Assembly (NCBI RefSeq): GCF_001949145.1
Contig: NW_019091360.1
Location: forward strand, 4,026,013-4,090,012
Source: Acanthaster planci
Lineage: Eukaryota
Length of the DNA stretch: 64,000 nt
Direction: 5' to 3'
Part shown: positions 14,760 through 26,006 of the stretch, piece by piece
Layout: each line of letters opens with the position of its first letter
Numbering within the stretch: the first letter of the stretch is position 1
Translations under genes and position numbers: made by a program
The notes under the pieces: generated by a model
Database searches by the model: none
The model's input: only the letters and a program-made list of their open reading frames with translations
What the model was told of the DNA's origin: nothing

Positions 14760-15944
14760 CTCAAAAATAGAATAAAAAGTCTTACCTTTGTGGCAGGTTT
14801 TTCAACTGCTGTTCCTGATGAATAGGCAACCCTTTTACAAGCATCCATGTAGGCAGTGTCTCTCATCAACCTGAGGGAAAATCACGGTACATGTACATAC
14901 ATGCGCCTCAGTGCCTTAATTACATGGACATATACACATACATACATAAAAAAAAAGGCCCGCGCCCTGCAAATTCTGCTTCTGAAACCAGGGACGGTAT
15001 GTCAGAACTTTTTTGGGGGGGTTCAATATTTTGCGCTGCCAAAAAACTTTCCTTAACCCTAACAGTCCCAAATCCTCCAATTTCAATATAATTTTACATA
15101 CCCCCCTAGGGAGTTAGGGTTAATCTATGTAAAAATGTCCACAGTCAACGACTCTTAAGAATTATGAATAATTTACACCACTATGCACAACACTACAGCA
15201 GTCAGGTAATCACGACGGCAAAATTGGCCAACAATGTCAGTGTATCACGTGGTTAGCATCCATGATGTTTCTAGACGGGCGGGCAATAAACCACGTACCG
15301 CAGCAGGAAATTTTGTGTAAGCACTCTTGTTTCAAGTACGAGCAAAACAACCTCAAATTAAACTTATGAATATACAGTGTAGAAAATACACACACAGACA
15401 CATGAGTCTAAGGTCTGTGAATTAACTTGCAGAAATATTCTTGCAACATTGAATTATTGATGCTTTTTTGATGTGCAGTTGTAAGGTTGTGTGCATGTAC
15501 GGCCGGTGCAGTGAAATGAAGCTACATGTACAGTATTTGTATGAACTGGTTGCCACATTTCCATCAGGCATTCGTTTGCATGGGCGCGGCAAGGCAGAAA
15601 CCAGTGCAGCATTGCTTCAGTGCATTGAGCTTTGCACGTTTTCACCACTGCAACAGCGAAACATGAAGCAAACTCGTGAAAATAACAAAAGTTTCTTTTT
15701 AAAAGTTGCAAACGTGAGGAAACATATAAATAAAAGCATTTTAACATCAAAAAATGTTGTTCAGAGGTGATTTGTAAAGACAGAAAAGACAACAGGATTT
15801 ATTTTAAATTTTTCTTTGAATTTTTTAAACTTTATTTTCCTAACTTGCCGATAAAAATGCAAGGGTCAGGCTAAAAAATTAGGGTTGATCAGGAAACAGG
15901 AAGCAGAAGTATTTGGGGGAAGGGCCTAATACTGACCAGGTCAA

Positions 15945-16520
15945 GTGTTGGCCGTTATTCTTTAGCAAGTAAGATTTTCGTTAACTCTGTGGAGTCATCA
16001 TCAACAGCCCTAATTACACTACGTTTCTTTTTTCAAGCATATTTTCAAAGTTTGGTAAAAGTGTGCAGACAGTTTACGAGCCAAGGGGAAATTTTTGGTA
16101 TAGACCGATCTGGTGACAAGAATCAGGAGCCCACGTGCGTGAACACCCAGATGCACACTGAATGCCTCCTCATTAACCAATGGGAGTGCACTGCTAACCA
16201 AAATCACCTGCTTGTCAAGCCTAGGAATGCATGCTTGAGTGACGGAGACACCGCAGTAATGGCAGCAAGTAATTGATAAAATACAGGTAATACTCCAACC
16301 TTGTGACCCAGGTTCGAATCCCACCTAAGTCAACATGAAGAGTGGAGTAAGGAGTCAAAAACATGCATAGATGTGAACAAAACCTCATGAAATTGGACCA
16401 ACATTGGTGCTGTTAATAAAATGAAAATCTTACCTTTTTTGAAGTCCAAGAACTCTTGTTCAAAGTGCAGTGGGCATCTCTTCAGACATCTATGAAGGCA
16501 GATTCTCTTTGATTCCCCTT
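15945..16520. repeat. Local duplication, copy 2
   Basis: Colinear similarity to 8595-9120, same orientation. Confidence 0.85.
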
Positions 16521-18122
16521 GAAGGGCAATCATCAGACCACGAACCAGTTCCTTATTTTCATTAAGGCTGTGCCAATATCAGAAAAAGTAACAATATTCA
16601 ATATCATCACCAGCTGTATTTAAAAAATCTTGAGTTCTTTCTATTACCACAAAGCGAGAGGTCCGTCTCCATGGTTACTATGCTCGTACACAAAGAATGG
16701 CACTAAATAGGAGTTGGAGAGACAGATTCAGGAATGAGTTACTCTGCCTAAGATCTTCATAACCATGGTAACCAACATATCAGCTTCTTGAAGTAGTCAG
16801 ACACTAACCTACATGTACATGAGCCAGGACACTGAACTTGCTTTCACAGCTGATACTACATACAGGACACTCATGGCAGATGANNNNNNNNNNNNNNNNN
16901 NNNNNNNNNNNNNNNNNNNNNNNNNNNNNNNNNNNNNNNNNNNNNNNNNNNNNNNNNNNNNNNNNNNNNNNNNNNNNNNNNNNNNNNNNNNNNNNNNNNN
17001 NNNNNNNNNNNNNNNNNNNNNNNNNNNNNNNNNNNNNNNNNNNNNNNNNNNNNNNNNNNNNNNNNNNNNNNNNNNNNNNNNNNNNNNNNNNNNNNNNNNN
17101 NNNNNNNNNNNNNNNNNNNNNNNNNNNNNNNNNNNNNNNNNNNNNNNNNNNNNNNNNNNNNNNNNNNNNNNNNNNNNNNNNNNNNNNNNNNNNNNNNNNN
17201 NNNNNNNNNNNNNNNNNNNNNNNNNNNNNNNNNNNNNNNNNNNNNNNNNNNNNNNNNNNNNNNNNNNNNNNNNNNNNNNNNNNNNNNNNNNNNNNNNNNN
17301 NNNNNNNNNNNNNNNNNNNNNNNNNNNNNNNNNNNNNNNNNNNNNNNNNNNNNNNNNNNNNNNNNNNNNNNNNNNNNNNNNNNNNNNNNNNNNNNNNNNN
17401 NNNNNNNNNNNNNNNNNNNNNNNNNNNNNNNNNNNNNNNNNNNNNNNNNNNNNNNNNNNNNNNNNNNNNNNNNNNNNNNNNNNNNNNNNNNNNNNNNNNN
17501 NNNNNNNNNNNNNNNNNNNNNNNNNNNNNNNNNNCAGATCAAGATGTATGGTGTGTCTTTGTCGTTGTTCGACGAGAGTCAATTTGATGATGATTCTCCA
17601 AGCGTCCATGTACATGAATACGTAGGCAGTTGTAACTCGTCAACCTGAGGAAGAAGCAGAGAAACAGGCTATACAGTTATTGATTTTTGATTGTGAACAA
17701 GAAGCCAGCTCTCCTGTAGCCTGTGTTACACCTTCCATGAATCCTTCAAAGCACTGTGAGCAATTCTGAGGACAAATTGAAGGCATTCCAAATAATGGTT
17801 TAAATTAGAGTGCATTTAATTCAAACCTGATTAACCTATTTAAAGACACAAGTACAGTAGGTGAGAGCCTTCAGCAGGGGTGAGATTTGAAGAAAATGAC
17901 AAATCCATTTCAACAATTGATTACATCATGTTTCCCTACAATATCCTAGCATGTTTGAATGTTTGGATTAAATTCCAAAATTTGTCTTCCCCTTGGCTGC
18001 CTCCTTTTGTTCATCTATCTTTTAAGCCACAAATATAGCCATGGATTTTAAGCCTTTGTCAAGTGAAAGATCTCCATTGTGATCAATGATTTTAAGAGCC
18101 ATTTTGATCAATCAAACCACGA

Positions 18123-18636
18123 ACCATTTACCCAGGGATGTGCAACTTAAGCTCAGAGCTGGTTCAATGCATGTTACGGCCTGCACAATATCAAAGCAGA
18201 AATTAAATTGGATTATCTCTAATAATGCAACATATTTTCCTGTCTAACACTTTGTTTTCTTGTAATATTTTAAGTCAGGGTACACCCTTTCTAAAAATAT
18301 GTTGCTCAAGATATTTCATCCTATACATTCTGAGAAAAGTGTGCCACAAAATTGAGGCATTTTGCCTCAGTAAAACTTTGTTTCTGCTTGAAATCGATAA
18401 ATAAAGAAGATTTGTTCGTCGAAACGAATAGATTTAAGCACCGCGTCGGCGCGTCGCCTCGGCATAACCAAGGCTGCACTGTACATGCTGCAACGCGTGT
18501 CATGTGGTCGCGAGTTTTTTCGAGAAAGTTGAGAGCGCCTGCGGGGGTAATAACAATCCGTAACACGAATGGAACCAAGGTTGCACATGCGTTTGCACTG
18601 GGGCCACTCGCTGTTGCACATCCCTGGGTAAATGGT
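18123..18636. mobile_element. MITE-like element with 24-bp perfect terminal inverted repeats
   Basis: accatttacccagggatgtgcaac ... gttgcacatccctgggtaaatggt. Confidence 0.75.
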
Positions 18637-18847
18637 CCATGATCAAACAGTGGTGTAAGTGGAGCATTAAAAAATAGCTGAAACTGAAAGAGTCAATTGC
18701 AAAGCACACTGTACATGTATATGCAAGTAGAAATGTCCAGAGCCTGCTTAAGGGACCTGGGAAAATCTGGGAAAGTACTTGCTCTGAGGTACAATTTACG
18801 GCCTCCTTGTGCAACCACTGGCCTAGTAATGTTTTAGGCTTTCGAGT

Positions 18848-18933
18848 CAACTCGTACCATGGACAACTCGTGCCATGGACAACTTGTACCTTGGACAACT
18901 GGTACTACAGACAACTTGTACCATGGACAACTC
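18848..18933. repeat. 16-bp tandem repeat (CAACTCGTACCATGGA, about 5 copies)
   Basis: Degenerate head-to-tail units read directly, no spacers. Confidence 0.85.
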
Positions 18934-19976
18934 TTACTTCGAGTTAAGACCACTCGTACCCTCGTGTTCGCAATTTAGTTGTACCGGTAACTTTCTAGCG
19001 TTTCCTTTTTAGCATATTCAAGGATCAGATTTGACAAACATATCAAGGAAACATCTTCATAAATCTCCCAGAGAGATCTCCAGCGCCAGCATGATTTTCT
19101 GCATCGTACCTGCCTTGGGCATTTGCACAGTCAGTTTATGTGCCGAACAACCCGACCATTTACCAACTTGACTCAGGGCAACTCAACTGTTGAGAAGCCG
19201 CAACGCCAATGCGGCAGATGCATGGCACAACATCCCTAGTACACTGCTGCTGGTGTGGGTGACTGTAAATACCAGTAATACCACCAATCTTGGAGTTTTT
19301 GGCTGCATCTTAAATATACATGTACAAATCGTTCTTTGTCTCCTTTTTTTCTATTATAGGTTTTTGATTGACTCAGTGATATTGACATTGAAGTTTCTGA
19401 AATATTTACTGCAGTAGCTGCCATCGGGAGTCTACATGCAAGTGATCTTCAAAAGTTTTTGTTTGTAGATAATTATTGATAAAATTAATTTCAAACTCCA
19501 CTTGTGAACATATTTATCCAATTATCCAGTTTGTTATGTAATAACTAGTAAGTGTAAATGGAATACTGAACCAAGTTATTTATTCATTTATTGCAATACT
19601 CTTAACCATATTATTTTAGTGGGCTGGTTGTCTTCCTTATTAACATGCTTTTGGGGGAGGACTTTACTAAACTATAAATTCTTTTTTGGGGGCTTCAATT
19701 TATTCTTTACTGGACTTTTTCTTTTTGTGGGGGAATGACGGCTTTGCTTAATAACTTTGGGGGGTTATACTTAATAAAACTTGTTACGCCTTGATATATT
19801 TTGGAAATGTTTCCGGACTTCTTTTTTTATTTGTTTTTGTTTGGGGGGTGGTTGCCTTTTTTATTAAAATTGTTTTTTGGACAAGTTAAAACCGACATTA
19901 GTTTTTATATAAACTTTGAAGTAAATGAAAACATGACCTCACTCCATCATCATGGTGAAAAAATAACTACTCCTAC

Positions 19977-20294
19977 TTAGATTATGTATAGAGACATCTG
20001 GGAAATCTGTGGTCAGGAAACCACGCTAATCACATATGGGGGGACAGCAATGGCAGGGCATGTGATACACGCTGTGTTGTCAAGCTAGCTGTTTACACAC
20101 GTTTAAATTGTTTGAAAAATATGTACTTCAGGGAGTGATAATATTTTGCAATGACACAGTTGTGAAGTTGTGAGACTAATAGTGTCTGTTTTTCATGTAA
20201 TTTGGGGTTTATTTATTGCAAAATGGTTGAGCCGATATGTGATTAGTGCGGTTGCCTGACCACAGATTTCCCAGATGTGTCTATACATAATCCT
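19977..20294. mobile_element. MITE with about 60-bp terminal inverted repeats
   Basis: gattatgtatagagacatctgggaaatctgtggtcagg...ctaatcacatat versus atatgtgattag...cctgaccacagatttcccagatgtgtctatacataatc. Confidence 0.85.
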
Positions 20295-23200
20295 AGCAAG
20301 GGTAGGCCTAGTAGGAATTACGGGGACTGGTATCCAAAGCAACATAAATGTTCGTTATGTGAACATGCTGTGCCTGTTTTTGTCACGTGACATACCGCTA
20401 CAGAATGCAGATATGTGCGAATCGTCGAGGGATGATCATGACAATGAAGGACGGTACCAAAAAAAAATCATTTTTTGCCAATAGGCCTAATATACCGTAG
20501 GCTAAAATGCTACAAAATACAATCATGCCCGGTATTTCCATAATTGGTTAGTTGTAGGGTCTTTACTTTAGGAGGAGATTTGCTTCAGAAACTGCAAATG
20601 GAGGTTTCATCTAGTACAACTTCTTGGCAGCTTTCAAAATGCTATAGCCTATAGCATGTAGAGCCAAAAAAAAAAGAGTGTAGTACCTTACTGTTCAGGA
20701 AGTACGCTGCCCCATTAATTAGAACTGCAACTTGCAAGTCAACTACAGTACATTCCTTGTTTGTGTCCCAGACCAAGAACACATTGGCATGCACTGCGAA
20801 TGTCCAAAAGGTTGTAACTAGTACTGTACATAGGTATACATGTAGGCAATGTCCGGTTGTCCATCTGACCATTTACTCAACAAATGGTCGAGTACTACTA
20901 CTACCTCCATGGTACAACTACTAACACAACCCATTGACAACGCTCTTCGTTTTATACAGCAGTCGTTCCCGTCGAAATAGTCTATGCAACCACTACAGCA
21001 ATGTATCAAGAATGAAAAGGGCGTTAATGCCGAGTATTTTGGGGGTCACTAAGAGGGTAAAAACAGCATTTTCGAGACGAAAAACTTACCGCCTGGGAAA
21101 ACCTCATGGCATGCTGGTGTTCAGGTTTTTAAATTTTGTACGCGTGCGCTGAGTGAACGTGGACACTGTAAGTACATACTACGTCAAGCTAGCCTGATAC
21201 GTCTAGGTACATGACATGGACAGTCTGCTGGGGAAAAAAGCAGCAAGAGGGCGCTAGGCTAGCACCGCGCCTAAAATATCGGAATAAAAAGACGTGGACC
21301 CAAAAAATACATGAAGTAAAATAAAAATTAATGAATATAACTAGACGAAACTTACTGAATGTACGATATAAGTTTCATGTGTTATCATTTAGGCAAATAT
21401 AGAGATTTGCACTTATTTGGCAAATATGAGTTCCATAAGGCTTGTTTTGCATTGTTCAAAAAAAAAAGAAAAAAAAAAGAGAATTAACCCAAAGACATTG
21501 TTACTTTCTGTCCAATTTTAGAAATCAGCATAAAATGTGAACTAAAATCGTTTGGATGGCTACCCCTTTGTGTTTTATCAATACATTTTTTGAAAATATT
21601 GCTTTTTTAGGAGTGTTGTCAGAAGTCACTGAACTTGAATATGTAGTAAATAACAGTGAAAATAAATAAATTTCTTCCTTAAACTTATCTTGTGACAGTG
21701 ACAAGAAAAAAAAATCGTCCCTATCCACTCAAGAGACTTTGGATCCTAGTGTAGCTGCCCTGGAAAAAGATACACTTCTATTATCTCTCTTTACAGAGTC
21801 AAGAGGAAACCCTGCTATCCTTCAAATTTATCATATTTCTCTCCTAACTTAGGGTTATAACTAAACATTTGCTTCCAAAAGATACTGGACTAAATATGTA
21901 ACTGCACATTTGGAATTACATATTCAGCCAACTTTGTGAGCTGCATGCAAAGATCTGCTTGAAATAAACCAAATGACCTCGCTTGATTAGTAGTACTAAT
22001 ATTTGGATTGAAAAGAAATTCTGAAAGGATGAAAGAAGCACAAACAAACTAGTAGCCCACGGGGGGGGGGGCTTGAGGGGCCTGAACACCCTCCAGGTCA
22101 TTCCTATTTTTTCTTCTGTTTGTAAATGAAGATAAAATACACACCTCGCTCTGATAAAACTGTAAATCCCAGTCCCCTGTGGTGCAATTACAGCAGGGGG
22201 TGAGTATCTTGAGCTTTTTCCGGGTAAATTCCCATCCAAGCCCCCCCCCTCACTCTACATGACAAATCCTGGGTGCATCACTGTAAACAACCTCATGAAC
22301 AAGAGAGCAAATGAGTTGAGCCAGTAGGGAAGCAATAAAGTTGGTTAACATGCAGGCAAACTTCCACACACTAAACCCTATCATCCAACTCACCAAGAAC
22401 AAACTTAAAACAAATAATCAATTGTCTGACACAAACTCTTCTCCTTTGTCAAATTAAATTTATGTTTCTGAATCTCCCAGATATGTTCCTGAGATTTCAA
22501 CAAACACTGAATAAATGTGTCTTTGTCAATGCAATTATATTCAGCAAGTCTTAGATCCACACTAACAGCAATGGATATAAAAGACACTTTCATCAGGCAC
22601 TCCTGTTGGTCAATATTCATGCCTTAAAGCAATATAACATAATGCAAAAATATACGTTTTGCTGTGATTACAGAAATTACACTCAACTATTACGGTTTCT
22701 CACAAATTTATTTTGACATATGAGAACTCCCGTGGCAGAATAAAAGAATCAGAAACGACACAAGAAATTTGTCCTTCAAATTGCAAACTGACATTCCTGA
22801 AAGTGTTAAGCAAAACATTTCATCTATGGATAATCATAAAGAAATTTCCATGAGTGTTCTAAGGGTCATTTATATTGTTTAAAATTAAAATCATTTCATT
22901 ATTTCATTTACCGTGCACTTATTGCCAAAGGCCTTCTGGACCTGTAAGGACCTTTTCTATTAAAAACTACAATTTACACAACTCCAGCAGATAGTGTGAC
23001 ATTTAATGCTGAATACAAGAACATGATGGTGTAATTAACAACAGTAAAAATCAGCCCACATTTTATTTCAGTAATTGATCAAAGATTATGCCAAAAATCA
23101 GAATTAGTTTATTGCATTTGTCCCTTAAGGTAAGTAATTCATCATCGTAACTGATACAAAACACATTGAAACCTTACAGCAAGAACTGACCAATCATTTG

Positions 23201-23311
23201 CTCCACTGTTCACTTATTGACCAATCATCAATCAATTGATCCCTCTCAAATAATCATATCTGTCTATACCTGGCGCATCAGTTCAATTTCCCAACCTGGC
23301 TGACCTCTAGA

Positions 23312-23645
23312 ATCACCACAACTGTATCATGAACCACTAACACCACACTGGACACCTCATTGCTCTCACCACTGTAGTCACCACTATCACCAAGACTGTA
23401 TCATGAACCACACTAGACACCTCATTACTGTCACCAATGTAGTCACCACTATCACCACGACTGTATCATGAACCACTAATGCCACACTAGACACCTCATT
23501 GGTCTCACCACTGTAGTCACCACTATCACCAAGACTGTATCATGAACCACTAACACCACACTAGACACCTCATTGCTCTCACCACTGTAGTCACCACTAT
23601 CACCGCGACTGTATCATGAATCACACTAGACACCTCATTGGTCTC
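23312..23645. repeat. Minisatellite, units of about 65-74 bp, running into an assembly gap
   Basis: Repeated unit caccaagactgtatcatgaaccac(taacaccac)actagacacctcattgctctcaccactgtagtcaccactat, about 4.5 visible copies. Confidence 0.95.
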
Positions 23646-25958
23646 NNNNNNNNNNNNNNNNNNNNNNNNNNNNNNNNNNNNNNNNNNNNNNNNNNNNNNN
23701 NNNNNNNNNNNNNNNNNNNNNNNNNNNNNNNNNNNNNNNNNNNNNNNNNNNNNNNNNNNNNNNNNNNNNNNNNNNNNNNNNNNNNNNNNNNNNNNNNNNN
23801 NNNNNNNNNNNNNNNNNNNNNNNNNNNNNNNNNNNNNNNNNNNNNNNNNNNNNNNNNNNNNNNNNNNNNNNNNNNNNNNNNNNNNNNNNNNNNNNNNNNN
23901 NNNNNNNNNNNNNNNNNNNNNNNNNNNNNNNNNNNNNNNNNNNNNNNNNNNNNNNNNNNNNNNNNNNNNNNNNNNNNNNNNNNNNNNNNNNNNNNNNNNN
24001 NNNNNNNNNNTCAATTGTCACCTCATTCTCAGAATCATTTCAATCCACATTCAATTTATCCCACAGCTGTGAATAATTCAACTACCAGCCTAAACAACCA
24101 ACCAACCAACAAACAAACCAACCTGCCCTCTATCCTTTAACCTGGTCAACCAAAAATAGAAATGAATAAAGCAAGTCATTAGTCTGTAGACAATTCTTAT
24201 AGTCATACACTAATTTACCCAATTAAATCAATAATGCATGGCACAAATCATCAACGACTATAAACCATTTCACAATTTGTCCAGTTGTCAATAATCAATT
24301 GCAACTATCTTATCATTGCAATAAATTTTGTAAAATGACTCTTTGATCAGAAGCTTTGAAAAACGATCACAAAAGTACACTTAAAGTAATCCTCTCTTCA
24401 TGAAGAGACAAAGTAATGCGCACACTTTTATAACAGAATCTCACACAAACTCAGGGGCATGAAGAAATCCATGTCCTTCCATTTCCCTAACGACACTTAA
24501 TAACTGAGTACGATGTGCACTTCCAAGATACGATACAGAGATATTTCAAAAAGTGATAGTATGAGTTGTGACATTCGTGGTAAGAAAATGTCATTAGAAA
24601 GACTTTGAAAATGTGTTCCCTATATGTTCAAATAAATAGCAGTAAATTAACCACATCCAGAGGGAAGAGAGATCCCCTTTGTCAAGTTGAGAGCATTGAA
24701 TAAGTTAAATACAAATTGAATAACTTACTGTTCCATTTTTTGAAGGAACTGTGCAAAACCTAAGTTCAGTGACTTATTACAAACCTGTTCAGAGAATGGA
24801 TTAAGGATATAATTGATCAACTACAGAGTTTCTAATCCCAAAGTTCATCATTAAAACATCCTTGTATAGTCAAGCAATACTCTTTCAACTGTCGCATCCA
24901 TAAGACTGAATCTATGTCATCTACAAAAATAAAATGGGCATGATATGTATACCCTTTTTACTTAGTCGATAGTCATGACAAAATTGCATATATTTTTTTC
25001 TCTCCTTATTCACAATGTTACTTGTAAATAGATGCTATCACACAATACAAGATGGGTTTAGTAACGTAAGAACTTGGCCTCCAAGATAACTACATGTTTT
25101 TTTCAGCTCATTCATAGTTTTTGTTTGTAATTCAAGCTGCAACCCACTACAGGCAACATGAAGGTCAATGGGTCAATAAATAGTAATAGGCTAATTTACA
25201 TGAGCTAGTTTGTATTTTACTGAAAGACGGCCCTCTTTATTAAAATATTCTTTGTTGATTGAACAGTAATACTAGCATCTCACAAAGCCTGATTGCAAAA
25301 ATGCCTGATAAAAATGGATCCCATTAAAAGGCACAAAAGCAATTTAAATAAAACATTTTGGCAATTTTCATCTCTGGAATAAGCAGTCTAATTTCAATCA
25401 TATTCGGTGCATTTGGCTATATTCAATTTACACATGCAGTGAATAATAAATGGTTAAAATATATAAATATACAATTTTTCAATCAATGAAATGAGAGGGA
25501 AAAGTCGCATGACTTTCAATCAGTTACACACTCAATAGGTGAAGATACTTGATGTTGTTTACTACACGTAAGATCATAACTCATTTCGTGGTTGGTGTTG
25601 GGAGCAATAATTGAAGATAATTGGTCATTGCTCTGAGCTGATGTTCCNNNNNNNNNNNNNNNNNNNNNNNNNNNNNNNNNNNNNNNNNNNNNNNNNNNNN
25701 NNNNNNNNNNNNNNNNNNNNNNNNNNNNNNNNNNNNNNNNNNNNNNNNNNNNNNNNNNNNNNNNNNNNNNNNNNNNNNNNNNNNNNNNNNNNNNNNNNNN
25801 NNNNNNNNNNNNNNNNNNNNNNNNNNNNNNNNNNNNNNNNNNNNNNNNNNNNNNNNNNNNNNNNNNNNNNNNNNNNNNNNNNNNNNNNNNNNNNNNNNNN
25901 NNNNNNNNNNNNNNNNNNNNNNNNNNNNNNNNNNNNNNNNNNNNNNNNNNNNNNATCT

Positions 25959-26006
25959 TTATTCAGACATTTCATGTCCTTCGTGTTCTTCTTCTTCACT
26001 GTCCAA
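25959..26006 (-). CDS. SLC4A2-like: SLC4 last coding exon ([15 protein letters not shown])
   Basis: gatactcag| acceptor; acidic LDSEE tail like AE1 LDADD; TAA stop just before an N-gap. Confidence 0.85.
   Translation of the reverse strand: MDSEEEEHEGHEMSE

Noticed and set aside
18848..18933. CRISPR-like periodicity here and at 23312-23645 and 53236-53356
   Set aside because: Head-to-tail repeats without unique spacers, no cas genes, eukaryotic context.
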